DNA of 62,490 nt, filler included, from Rhabdomonas costata (lineage: Eukaryota): NCBI GenBank assembly GCA_019059605.1. It is 41 parts of 41 records of this genome, joined end to end, with 100 filler letters (N's around TTAATTAATTAA, not from the genome) between each part and the next. Parts side by side here need not be neighbours in the genome. Positions count along the whole stretch, not along the records: positions 12,219 to 13,645 come from JAHMHO010016244.1; positions 13,746 to 15,172 come from JAHMHO010016245.1; positions 15,273 to 16,699 come from JAHMHO010016246.1; positions 16,800 to 18,226 come from JAHMHO010016247.1; positions 18,327 to 19,755 come from JAHMHO010016248.1; positions 19,856 to 21,282 come from JAHMHO010016249.1; positions 21,383 to 22,809 come from JAHMHO010016250.1; positions 22,910 to 24,336 come from JAHMHO010016251.1; 33 more parts are not named here. One strand, 5' to 3'. The notes below the pieces were generated by a model. The model ran no database searches, was not told the origin of the DNA, and saw nothing but the letters and a program-made list of their open reading frames with translations. Every line of letters begins with the position of its first letter. Position 1 is the stretch's first letter. Made by a program: the position numbers and the translations under genes. Below, one piece after another: positions 12,964 to 24,436 of the stretch.

Positions 12964-15775
12964 CTACAACAAAAACAGGGGGTTCACAAAGGGTACACCC
13001 ACAGCTCCATTTAGTCCAAGAGACACACGGAGAGGGCCAAAAAAATTTGGAGATAATCCCCAAAGATGTGAACGGGGCATAGTCTCCTCAGGCCGCATGG
13101 CCAGCAGCCCCAGCCAAAAATCGTTGTGTGGGCAAATGTAAAGGTGCCAAAAACCGACTGCGCCGTCTTCAAGCCAGCATACTGAGAAGAAGAGGCGACC
13201 GCAAACAGTAGTATGCAGTCAGATCTGGTCCCTGTGTTCTCTTTCTGTGGTAGTTCATTTTCTTCTCGAGCAAGAACTCCCAATACTACATATACTGCTG
13301 CTACTACTACTCCAAATGTCCCAATTCACCCACTGGTTTCCTTTTTTTTAACATTTTTTTAAACAATAATTTACAATATTGTAAAAAAAAACGTGTCCAA
13401 AACGCTCCAAAAACAGGCAAACAAGCACGCGATAGTGGTAGGGAATATAAATTCCACATTTGGGAGGATGGGCAGACACCAGCTCTTCTTAAGTGTTTTT
13501 CTATTGTGAAAAAGAAGAAGGGAATTCCTGCACATGCCCACGAGAAAAAAATCCACACACCTTGATGTTGGCCCGTTTCATCTAAAAAGTGAGGGTTTCC
13601 CATCAAACATCAGTCGGTCAAAGTCTGAAGAAGGGTGATCATCAANNNNNNNNNNNNNNNNNNNNNNNNNNNNNNNNNNNNNNNNNNNNTTAATTAATTA
13701 ANNNNNNNNNNNNNNNNNNNNNNNNNNNNNNNNNNNNNNNNNNNNGGTGGTGTGGCGGTGAGACCGAACGAAGTGAATATCTTGGAGACCGAACAAGGTG
13801 AAGCTGGTGAATATCATGGAGCACGGAGGATCGTTTGTGCCTTGAAGCAATACCCGTGAAAGCACATTTGTTGGTTGCCGCTTCTGAAATCGAGAGCTTC
13901 AAAATTCATGCAACAGCAGACGGACTTTGCGCCCGAATTTCAGTGGTCTGTCTTGGTGATGCCTACGGTCGATTGATTTTTTCAGCCAAGATAACCTAGA
14001 GACGATCTTTCAACCAGGTTTACTAGCGCACAAGGATGGGCGACCTCACTTCGCCGCAGATGTACTCAATTCTCGTACGCTGGCCCACCTGTCGGGCATC
14101 AAGATTCAGGTCATTCTAATAAATCCAGAAGCAAAAAATATCTGGCTTGACGACAGGTTAATCATCACCACGGATTCCCGCCGTATCTCAAATGGTGAAA
14201 GCTGATGACGCACTTGCTGCAGATCTGGTGCTCTGGAGCGGGTGAACTTGACACAACGTCTGAGTGGATGCTTCATCTTCGTGGCCCCATAGAAAATTGC
14301 AATGCAGTTCTCATATGCTGATTACTCTATCCGTATCTCAGCCCACTTCCGTTGCAACCAGAGCACCGAACGTTCCGTTGGACGGTCGCACAACACAACC
14401 CAACAAATCGCATGACCAGCCACAATCGCAAAGGGGAGAGCCGTCGCAGAAGCAAACACAAAAAAATAAAACGATTGCAAAACAGTGTTTCACACACCAT
14501 TGTCCCTCAAAATCAGCGTGTGCAAGTTGCTGGCGGGGTTGTTTAGAATCGCTGACACCAAGGCCTCTGAAGAGGCAATCAAAACCAAACAACAACTCAC
14601 AATGCTCATCGAGAAGGCTCCTTGTGAATACTTCAACCCGTGCTGAAACAGCCAATTAGGGCATCACGCGAGCCAACACCAAGACTGCGAGCAGGATCAT
14701 CACATTGTCGTCTTGTTTTAATTGTTTCTCCCAGAATTTTATACCGAAAAGCCAAGGAAAAGTTCGATCCAGTTCCGTGTCGCGCCAGCTGGTTTCCGAT
14801 GAAGCAGCTTTGACCGTATCAAAGCAAAAAAAAAAAGAACCAATATTTCCATGCCGTGATTCTGCAGCAAGCAGACGGAAATCACGCACACGTTCGCTCA
14901 CCTAGAAGTGGCCCGAACTGGTTGCCCTGAAGGTTTAGCTCCTGCAGAGTCGTGTCGTAGGCCAAATGACGGATCAACAAGCGCTGCTGCCCCACGTTGG
15001 GAAGCCGACGCCGGGAAAGGTCTGCAAAAACCAAGGCAGGGAGTAGCAATGCTTCAGATCAATGAGTCCTCAACGGGGTGTGGTCTCACCCATGAGTAAA
15101 CTACCTCGGGGTGGCCTTGAGGTATAAACGCCAGCCCCCGTCCGTATAGCTGCTGTCATCAAACCACAAACCNNNNNNNNNNNNNNNNNNNNNNNNNNNN
15201 NNNNNNNNNNNNNNNNTTAATTAATTAANNNNNNNNNNNNNNNNNNNNNNNNNNNNNNNNNNNNNNNNNNNNGGGTGGTGGGGTGGAGAACGCCCTCCAG
15301 AAGGGCTACGAGTATCTGCTGCAGAAGGCATGTCTGGCATTTTTGTGGGGCTGCTGTGTGTGGAAAGAATGCTAGTACATGTTACTCCGTAGTGACGGGA
15401 AGGGAGTGACAGTTTGTAGGTGGAATTGGGTTGTGTTACGGAATCAAGCCGAGCCAACGTTTCCTGCTCTGCCTGGTGGATCGTCTGGTAAAGGAAAAAA
15501 TAAACGGAGCCTCGTTTTCGCGATTCAGACTCACGAGAGAGACGGCGACGGAATTTTTCACCAGAGTTTACGAAACCGCACATGGGAAATTCAGGACATC
15601 ACATTATGCGGTGAGCCCGAGCTAAGATTCTGGCAAATATGGTTCTGATAATCGACCCAATAGACCAACCAATGGACGTCATTGCCGCCCGCTGGATTTT
15701 TATGAAAAATTTCCAACTTTAACCTGTATCGACGCCCCGTACGTTACCCCTCCCCCTCCTCGCACATTTCCTCAG

Positions 15776-16325
15776 GTGGACAGTTACCTACCCAAGCCTT
15801 CTCACAGTCGGGTCGTGGTACACTTCGAGAACCTCACCGTCACCGCGGACGTGGCGCAGGCCCAGGAGGAAGAGATCCCCACCATGGGCACCAAGCTGAA
15901 GGACTTGCTGCTGTACCTCCGTCCCGTCCACCGCACCCCTCGGGTCGTCTTGAACGGCCTGACCGGCACGCTGTTCCCTGGTAAGGCCACCCTGCTGCTG
16001 GGCGCGCCGAAGTCCGGCCGCAGCACCTTCATGAAGATGCTGAGCGGGCGGGTGCAGGAGGGAAAGCACCTTCGGGTGACGGGCACGGTGACGTACAATG
16101 GAGTGCCGCGGGTGAACCTGCTGGTGCCGAAGGTTTGTGGGTACATCTCGCAGAAGGACGAGCACCACGCGGAGCTGACGGTGCGGGAGACGCTAAGCTT
16201 CGCGAAGAACTGCCTGTTCTGCCCCGACAAGCATCCCGACCGCGACCCCTCTAAGGATCAGTCGGCGGACCAGCAGCTGCTTCGGCTGGGGCGGATCATG
16301 GACGAGCTCACCCTCAGACTTCTTG
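15776..16325 (+). CDS. PDR-type ABCG transporter, N-terminal NBD exon
   Basis: cctcag| acceptor. VHFENLTV...IPT, LLLGAPKSGRSTFMKMLSG (Walker A variant), GTVTYNG, YISQKDEHHAELTVRETLSFA. Donor gtgtgc at 16326. Confidence 0.93.
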
Positions 16326-16473
16326 GTGTGCCTTGTCCCCTTGTTCCCTTTCTCATTGTGCCATTGCTGGGTGAAATTCTCCTTTTAATCGCGTTGTTGT
16401 GGATTACCCGCAGCGATGTACCTCGATAATCGCTGTTGTTCGCTGGTGACGTCACGAGTTGTGTCAGATTCAC

Positions 16474-16669
16474 GTAATCTCACCATTAGATAACCGTTGC
16501 CGGAATCGCATTTCAGCACTACTTCTTTGAAACTTTGAAACTCAGCTCCATCATCTGTGGCGTTTACAAAGACCCCCGCGCTCTTTCTTCTCAGTGTTGA
16601 TTCTTCGAAGTTTCAAAGAAGTAGTGCTGAAACGCGATTCCGGCAACGGTTATCTAATGGTGAGATTAC
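16474..16669. mobile_element. MITE-like element with ~66-bp near-perfect inverted repeats in the ABCG intron
   Basis: Arm 16474-16539 (gtaatctcaccattagataaccgttgccggaatcgc...) is the reverse complement of 16604-16669 with about 2 mismatches. Confidence 0.7.
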
Positions 16670-17016
16670 CTGCAGCGATGTACATCGATAATCGCTGTTN
16701 NNNNNNNNNNNNNNNNNNNNNNNNNNNNNNNNNNNNNNNNNNNTTAATTAATTAANNNNNNNNNNNNNNNNNNNNNNNNNNNNNNNNNNNNNNNNNNNNT
16801 TTGTGTGGGGGAGGAAATAGGTTCCATTTTTTTTACGAAGCGGAATGAACTGAGTTTGGGTAAAGTGCTCAAGTGAAGGCCGAAAAGTCGTATTCAATAT
16901 CCTTGCCGGTAGCGTGTACGGGCCCATCATGTGTTCCTAATATGTTTGTGCGGTGGGTCCAGTCATTGTGAACTTGGAGGCTGGTTTGTGGAGTAGAGTG
17001 TGGGGGTGTCACTCAG

Positions 17017-17661
17017 GTCTCCTATGTACAACTACGTGAGGCTGGTGGTGGTGATTGCGATGGCGCTGATCATTGGGCTGGCCTTTCTGCAGCTTCCTCT
17101 GACTGAGCAGTGGGGGTGCCTCTCGGCCTTCTCGGCGCAGTTCATGGCACTGATCTTTCCAGGAATGTGCTGTGGTGGTGGTGGTGGGGGTAGTTGTTCT
17201 GCTGCCGTGCAAAACGAAAAAAGTGGGTGCAAGAATATTCACATGGTCGGTACTGTGATTTTTGCGGTGGGAACTCCCTTCCACTGTGTAAGAGGAAAAC
17301 AGCGAGTTCCTCGTTTCTGAGGATCGCTCCACAGGTTTATGGCTCACCTTTCCGGTGAATTCACCGAGGTTTTTCAGCAAAGGACTACAAAGGACTCTGC
17401 CTCAATAGCTCTTTTACACCTCTTCCCTCCCCACTCCAACATGCCTTCCGTCCGCAGCCCTTCTTGTGCGTCTTTTACTTTTCAGGGATTTATAGCGTGA
17501 TCAACATAATTGCCATGGCCTCCACGAGGCGCGCGATGTTCTACCGCGAGCGGGCGGCCAACATGTACTCCCCTGTGCTGTATGCCGTGGTGATTGGGCT
17601 GACCGAGCTGCCCTACCTCATAGTCAGCTCCATCGTGTTCACCTTCATTTTCTATTGGCTG
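17017..17661 (+). CDS. PDR-type ABCG transporter, C-terminal TM domain, 2 exons
   Basis: Exons 17017-17162 (SPMYNYVRLVVVIAMALIIGLAF...FMALIFP) and 17486-17661 (GIYSVINIIAMASTRRAMFYRERAANMYSPVLYA...ELPY...FYWL). FYRERAA.MYS and ELPY hallmarks. Confidence 0.92.
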
Positions 17662-17791
17662 GTTTGTGGTTCAAGCCGCCGCCCCCTCCTCCACGCAACT
17701 ACTGTCACTCAACGAACACCCCATGCCTTCATAGCATTGTGAGCATTGCTCAGGAGATGGGTGGTGTTCGATTGAAGCAGAGGGCAGCTGC

Positions 17792-17849
17792 GAAAGGGAA
17801 AGGGAAAAGGAAAAGGAAAAGGAAAAGGAAAAGGAAAAGGAAAAGAAAG
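17792..17849 (+). repeat. (GGAAAA)n purine microsatellite
   Basis: Tandem ggaaaa/gggaaa units; a similar short tract lies at ~29569-29594. Confidence 0.9.
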
Positions 17850-19357
17850 TTGAACACTACCGGTCTGGAGGAGGTTTCCTGTGTTCTTAGGCCAAGACTT
17901 AACAACAAGCTTGTCGAGTGAGGAGTGGGGGTCATTACACGGAGGCAAACACTTAGAACAAGATAAGGGCAACGAGAGTCGTCGGAGCATGGGACAGAAC
18001 GCAGGTTACTGCACGTGGGAGCCCGCTTCCATGAGACGGTGACACCGTACCCCACGGCACCGTTGGCTCCGAAGGCACCTCGCACGAGCACTCGTTGCCA
18101 AGAGCGCGTGCATCTATCAGTCCACAGCGATCACCAATACCCATTACATACAAACACACGCGTAGCGGAAGCCCCGAAACTCCGAGCTAGGCGACTATAC
18201 AAAAAAAACCAAACATACCCAATACANNNNNNNNNNNNNNNNNNNNNNNNNNNNNNNNNNNNNNNNNNNNTTAATTAATTAANNNNNNNNNNNNNNNNNN
18301 NNNNNNNNNNNNNNNNNNNNNNNNNNTTTTTGGTGGCCCTTCAGCTATGGGCTATATGGCACTAAAAGACTCACAACAGCGGCCATAAAAAATATCACGG
18401 CCCTCTCAGCAGTTCTTTCCCACCACTCACACTTTTTTTGTGGAGTTAGTTCGGACATTTGGAAGGCCCGCTCCCGTTTTCCCATTCACTTACTTTTGTT
18501 GGCAGGCTTGGTGTTCAATCCCAAGGGGATGTGCGATTGGCCCTCGAACTACCAGTGCCCTGCTCGGGTTCCCGTTTCCTACGTCGGTATTCTGTGTGCC
18601 TACGCGAAAAGTTTTCCTCCGGATGTTCATGTAAATGTTTACAGCAGCCGTACATCCGGCGGCGGGGTATTCGACCTGTTAAGTGAGGATCGTTGTTTTG
18701 AAAATGATGGCCAACGAAAACGCGTGTCATCATGTGTCATCATGTGCACTCATGGTGTCATCATGAGAGATTCAAGGACCAAAAATTAAGATATATATGA
18801 ATGAATACAAAGCAAGTTATTTTTTGTGCCCGTGTGAGTTTCTTATTCGGTTTAATCCTATTTTATGGCTACAAAAAAGCTTGTTGGAGGCCTTTTGGAC
18901 TCAGTACTTCGTCATTGAGGGCAAACTGTCCTGTTTTTCTGCTGTTTTTCTGGAGAGTCCGCTGGTAAGCGAGCATTGATTGACTTTGGTTATCATTGCT
19001 GTTTCATGTGAAACGGCAGTTTAATACAGCATTCTGAGATGGAAAAAACCCCTGGCACACCGCCGCTCGGCCGTTCGTGGACAGAATTAGACTGTTTTTG
19101 TGGTTGAACGGTTGTGTATTGTCTTGCAGCGCGCACGTTTTCCCGTGTTTCTTCCGTTCCATCAGTGCAGAATTACTTGTTGTTTGGTTGACCCAGCCTA
19201 CAGACTACCTACAGACTTGGGGAAGCACCTAACCACCATGGTAACATAGGGACTGCGGTGTCATCCCTTCCCCGGCAAAAAAGAACAGCGGCCCGCTGCT
19301 CAGTGTGTAGCGGCGACCTGCAATTCATTGTGACAACTTTCCATGTACCGTTCTCAG

Positions 19358-19564
19358 GTTCCGTGGGGGTAACCCTCCCCTCGGTGCCCTACCAGGGTAT
19401 CTATCTGAAGACCTGGACCGGAGGGTGGACCGATACGGGCGTCGCGGCGCTGTTTACTCCGGTCAATGGGAACGGGGACGTGGCCTTCGTGACGTTCTTT
19501 CAGCCGGTGGTCGCTGGGCTGGACTGCCCTAGCCAGTCTCCGTGTGCAACGCTGTGGTCGTCGG
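19358..19564 (+). CDS. Hypothetical protein exon (beta-rich, possibly extracellular)
   Basis: ttctcag| acceptor, GC3-rich codons: SVGVTLPSVPYQGIYLKTWTGGWTDTGVAALFTPVNGNGDVAFVTFFQPVVAGLDCP. 3' end approximate. Confidence 0.45.
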
Positions 19565-20573
19565 TGTGCGATGCTAAAATCGTCTGATTATTTGGTGGGC
19601 TCTGCAGGGGTAGCTAGGATCTTTCTGGGCTGGAGAAAGGGAACCCAAGCCTGAGAATGGCGGTTGACGTTGGTCAACATTCTCCAAGGTGCCCCAACGA
19701 ACCCTGCTCTCACGTCAAGCGCGAAAATTAAACTGTTGTACGGAGCGTTTGTGGCNNNNNNNNNNNNNNNNNNNNNNNNNNNNNNNNNNNNNNNNNNNNT
19801 TAATTAATTAANNNNNNNNNNNNNNNNNNNNNNNNNNNNNNNNNNNNNNNNNNNNACAAGCTGTCATTGAAAACCCTCTTGTTTTGGTTTCACACTAAGT
19901 TGTGCCTGTGGGCGATTTCGAGAGCCTTTGCATTGGGCGGCTGTTGCTTTGCGAAGTCATGGCGGGAAGCTTTGATGCCTCATCGACAAAGCGGGATTTC
20001 TGTAAAAGTTGATTACTGGAAGCCGAGCAAAATGCTTGTCCTTAAGTCTTTGATACCTTAGACTTACCTGGAGCTTCAGCACTTGAGCGGTGGGGAACGG
20101 TGAGAGAGGGAGAACGAGTTGACACGAGGGAGCTTGAAACTGCCTCTTTGAAGGGATTCGGATTTTTCATCGGCGTTTGCTTTCTTTTCTGACCGCCCCA
20201 GACTTCGCTTTGAGACGAAAGCTGACAACTTAAGCTGGCAGCTCCGGTCCGAAACGCAAATCTTGTTGCGTTTTTGCTCGCTTTTCCATTCTCTTCTCTA
20301 CCCAGGTTGTCAGCTTCGTTTTTCGGCTTTTTGCTCCCTTTACCCCCGCGCGGACCTCAACCTCAAACATGGGAAACGCACCCGGGGTACGTCCCAGTCG
20401 TGCTTGCACTTAGATGGAAGGGAAAGCAGAGGAGATTGGTGGGATGGGACGGGATGGGATGGAGAGTGGTTGCCGTCGCGTGTGTAGCACCGCCTTCCTG
20501 GCATGAGCAGGCGGTTATGTTGCTTATCTCCCCACTCACGCTTCCTTTTCCTTTCCCGTCTCCTACCCCGCAG

Positions 20574-20885
20574 AGCTGGGGCTATGGCAACCAGCTGGAA
20601 GCCGTGTCGGTATGGGGGCTGCATTGGACCCCTGAGGAGCGCAACTACTGGAGCAACCACGATTCTGGGGAGTTCCGTCCTCACCACGCCCAGGTCTCTT
20701 GGCCAGTAGATGCTCATGCAGTGGCGTTTCTAATTGTGCTCCTTCCTTTCCGCTCCTTTTTTGTTGCCGATCCGGTCCAGAGCGTTAGTGTTCGGGGTGC
20801 TATGTTTCTTCTGCTGGCTACTTGCACAGGCGGGATATGATCATGCCACGTACGGCGCGCGGGGCTATCCGGGCGCCTACGGCGG
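20574..20885 (+). CDS. Hypothetical protein, 2 exons
   Basis: Exon 20574-20693 (SWGYGNQLEAVSVWGLHWTPEERNYWSNHDSGEFRPHHAQ) follows a polypyrimidine-CAG. Exon 20830-20885 reads AGYDHATYGARGYPGAYG with donor gtgagc. Confidence 0.5.
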
Positions 20886-21781
20886 GTGAGCCCGTGCCCA
20901 GGCGTTGTTCCCAGGTTCTCGGGTCGTGCTTGTCCTGCTCTCCTGCTTTTGGATTGCTCTTTACTTTCGGCCACCCCTACGTTACGGTCCAGATCGCAAT
21001 TCAGTTTCGTTTGCAAGGTTTTCCAATTCATTTTGAATTCAGTGGGATGCCCGCAAAGTGTGCGCAGTGTATGCGACACAGTGTGCAAACTACACACCCA
21101 GCTGTGCAGGAAGTTAACCAGTGAAACGGAAGGAAAATGTGCAGGGAGTTACCGTGATGTGGGTTGCGGGACCTGAAAGGCGAGTGGAACAACTTGCATT
21201 GGGCGAAGTTCAGCAGCTCATCTGTGGTTAGTAAGGCAAAGGAAGAGGTGGTTCATGCTGTTCAGGTCCCGCAACCCCCACANNNNNNNNNNNNNNNNNN
21301 NNNNNNNNNNNNNNNNNNNNNNNNNNTTAATTAATTAANNNNNNNNNNNNNNNNNNNNNNNNNNNNNNNNNNNNNNNNNNNNGGGGGTTGGTTTCCTCGA
21401 AAATAACACGATGATGGCCACCAGCTTTCGTGGCCCAGGCGGTGCTTCTGGTTCTGATCTGGAAGCCGTCTCTAAGAGCAGTCAGCATTCTTGCAGTGCG
21501 TGCTTCGAACCGAACGCATGCTCTGCACACCATTTGGATGCTCGCTTTTCGAATGGTATGCGCTTTGTGCACCTTGGAAGAATTTATTTGGTGAAGTTGG
21601 ATGTGTAATCGCATGGAAGTAATGCTGCATGGCTGATTTCCTTGAAAAGGTGGTCTCAGAAATTTCGATCCAGTAATGTGCTATTTCGGCGTACATATTG
21701 CTATGATTTTGGGACCATGTATTTGCGTTGTGGTCGTCTTTGTGTGATCTTGGGCTTTTTTCTCATTTTCGCTTGGTGCAG

Positions 21782-22597
21782 ATGATGTGGAAGACGAAAA
21801 TAGTGAGAGCTCAATTGTGTCCACCGAGAGCACCTTGACGCGAGAGCAGCGGCAGGAAGAGGAAGAATTGCGTTTGCAGCGGACTCGGCTTGCTGCTGCG
21901 CGGGAGCGCTACCGTGAGTTTCTCTCCCGCCGTCAGTCGCAACTCTCCCAAGCATCAAGCGGCGCTCCTCCTCTTCCATGCTCAGCGAGCCCAGAGCTTC
22001 CAACCAAAGCGAGCTCGAACTCTAACTTGTCTCCCAGGCTTGATGCTGCTGAAGACGGGTTAGAGTGCCGTGAAGATGAAGATGGACTGCGGAGTTCCGT
22101 TTCAAAGAGCGTGCCCGCACCGTCAGAAACGGTGCAGCTCTCACAAGCAAATTCGGCATCCAGGGTTTCTCCTCCTCCTTCTCTCTGCTTTTCAAGGTTT
22201 GCGGGAGGGTTTTCCCCCTCGACAGCAGAAGCGAGTTGTGGTTCCGCCGCAACGATGACCGCGCTGGAAATGGAGATAGCCAGCATTAAGGTGCACAGTT
22301 TTTTGTACTTCCGCTTTTCAACGGGATGCAAGTTGCATGAGAGTACGATGCTTCGCCTTTTGTTTTTAGCATGATTCGACACTTGGGGATGTGGAGCGAT
22401 CCAAAAAGCTGAAGGACGCCCTGGCTGATTACTTGCGGAGGAAGAGCGGAAAACTTTCTTCACTTGAGGTTCTGGGTGGAGCACCTGGGCTCACTCCTTC
22501 ACCTGCCTCAAGTGCAGCGGTTGGAGATGCAGCAGAGACTGGCATTGTCACCTTGGCGAAGTCGCAAGAAACTGCGCTCAAATCTTTCGCCCAGGAG
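21782..22597 (+). CDS. Coiled-coil hypothetical protein, 2 exons
   Basis: Exons 21782-22290 and 22370-22597 join in frame across a 79-nt GT-AG intron (EIASIK|HDSTLGDVERSKKLKDAL). Donor gtgtgt at 22598. Confidence 0.55.
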
Positions 22598-22668
22598 GTG
22601 TGTTACCCTCCCTGCTTAGCCTTTAGCCCTCCCTGCGTAGCCCTGTCTGGTGTAAAACCTCTTTTTGC

Positions 22669-22801
22669 TGTCAATTGGCTGCACTGCTTTCACCTTTGGA
22701 CAACCGGGCACCTTGGTGCTCTGATTTGGTTTGATCTTTTAGAAATACCAGCAACATGGTGCCCGGTTGTCCAAAGGTGAAAGCAGTGCAGCCAATTGAC
22801 A
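22669..22801. mobile_element. Hairpin/MITE-like element with perfect 44-bp inverted repeats
   Basis: 22669-22712 tgtcaattggctgcactgctttcacctttggacaaccgggcacc is the exact reverse complement of 22758-22801. Confidence 0.7.
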
Positions 22802-23321
22802 CCAAACCCNNNNNNNNNNNNNNNNNNNNNNNNNNNNNNNNNNNNNNNNNNNNTTAATTAATTAANNNNNNNNNNNNNNNNNNNNNNNNNNNNNNNNNNN
22901 NNNNNNNNNGGGTTGGGGGTGGAAGCTTTCACCGGCAAGGGTCCCCAACCCAAAACCAGGAATCCAAAGGAGTAACATAGCCCAATGATATGGCCCGTTA
23001 TGCTAAACAACAGCACCTGCGGAGGAAAACGCACATAAACGCTTCCTCTCTTAGTAATGGCGACAGTTCTTGCACCCTCTGAGGGTTACGGTTAGGGTTA
23101 GGGTCAGGGTGACTAAACAAAAAACCAAAGGGTAGGATGGGGGTATGCACGCTATGCGGGTAGGTATGCTTCACCTTTGCCTTTTCAACTAAACTTAGGA
23201 AATGTTTCAAGTTAAGCAATCGGTTACCACTGGAAAACATTCCAACTCTCACAAAACAAGACGAAACAAGACCGCAGTGCCGAATCAAAAACGTCAAAAA
23301 AAAGCGCGCATGCGGCCCAAC

Positions 23322-24124
23322 CTCTTCGACTTCCATCACAATGTGCGCCTGCTCCGCAAGAAGCCCATCCGATGCGAACTTCGGGTACATCGCCACCACA
23401 AGCCGACGAAAGCTCTGCTTCTGCTGCTCCACGGCCTGCTTGCCCTTCTCCCAGGAATCCTCCAGAGTGGCCAGCATGCGTCGGGAGCAGACAATCAGCA
23501 GTCCCACCCCCAGCGCGGTGATCCCGACAGCCGTGAAGAGCACAATGAGCAGGTCCACATAGAGGGGCCACTCCACTTCATGGCGGTTTACTTGAAGCAC
23601 GAGGCCCACGTTGAGCTGTAAAATACAATACAGCAGGGATCTGAAATTGCCAAACCAGAGCGTCTGGGGCTGGTATCGGTTAAAATTTCTTCTTGGGGGT
23701 GGTTTTCGATATTCTTTCCGACGAAACATTATATCACCTCTCACTCCATCCCCCTTCCCATCGTTTTTATCGTTGTAATCACTGGCGCGGAGCACGGGAG
23801 GGACCTCCTTGGAGTAACCATAGGCCGAGTAAACGGGATCCCCGTCATAGTCCCCAGCCAACTCAATGCCAGCTCCTCCACCTAGGGCTTTGGTCATCGC
23901 CAGAACCCCGTCCCCGTGGTAGATGCACCCCATGGAATTGAGCTTTGCGGTGCAGTTCTCTGTCTTCAAGTCAGAGAGGAACTGCACCCCACCTGACGGG
24001 TAGGCACGCCCAACCAGCAACTCCAAACTGCTGCGCTCTGCTAGGTTCTGAGCGTCGGCGTAGGCGGAGGCCTGCTCAAGGCTTTGCTGCACAACAACCG
24101 CATCGTCTGTTTTGAAGATCAGGC
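23322..24124 (-). CDS. Cache-like sensor + TM + coiled-coil receptor, probably an adenylate/guanylate cyclase, 2 exons
   Basis: Exon 24124-23805 ends ...ALGGGAGIELAGDYDGDPVYSAYGYSKE (Cache DYxG.PV.SAY). Exon 23615-23322 has LNVGLVLQVNRHEV, a TM helix, then EQQKQSFRRLVVAMYPKFASDGLL (resembles the helix preceding a class III cyclase domain). Confidence 0.7.
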
Positions 24125-24436
24125 CTGGTAAAGTGCACGAGTGAACGAAAAACGACAATGCTGAAGCACGATAGGCTTATGAAGGGAGAAAAGGTGAATA
24201 ACAGACCTATTCCAAAACGGGGCAGGCAAATTGTTGCCGCCAGCACAAGCTCGTTCCTGCGCATAAAAAGACGTGAGAAATCAATCTTTCCCAACAAACT
24301 GCAACGATTCATTCAGCACCATCGCTTTCATGACCANNNNNNNNNNNNNNNNNNNNNNNNNNNNNNNNNNNNNNNNNNNNTTAATTAATTAANNNNNNNN
24401 NNNNNNNNNNNNNNNNNNNNNNNNNNNNNNNNNNNN

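Noticed and set aside
13746..15172. Possible decayed transposase; similar ambiguous contigs at 47290-48755 and 56486-57911
   Set aside because: No diagnostic catalytic motif could be read in any frame.
15273..18226. Adjacent ABCG N-terminal and C-terminal fragments as one gene
   Set aside because: They are separated by the artificial spacer in a size-sorted list and most of the intervening protein is missing; adjacency is probably chance or reflects a large family.
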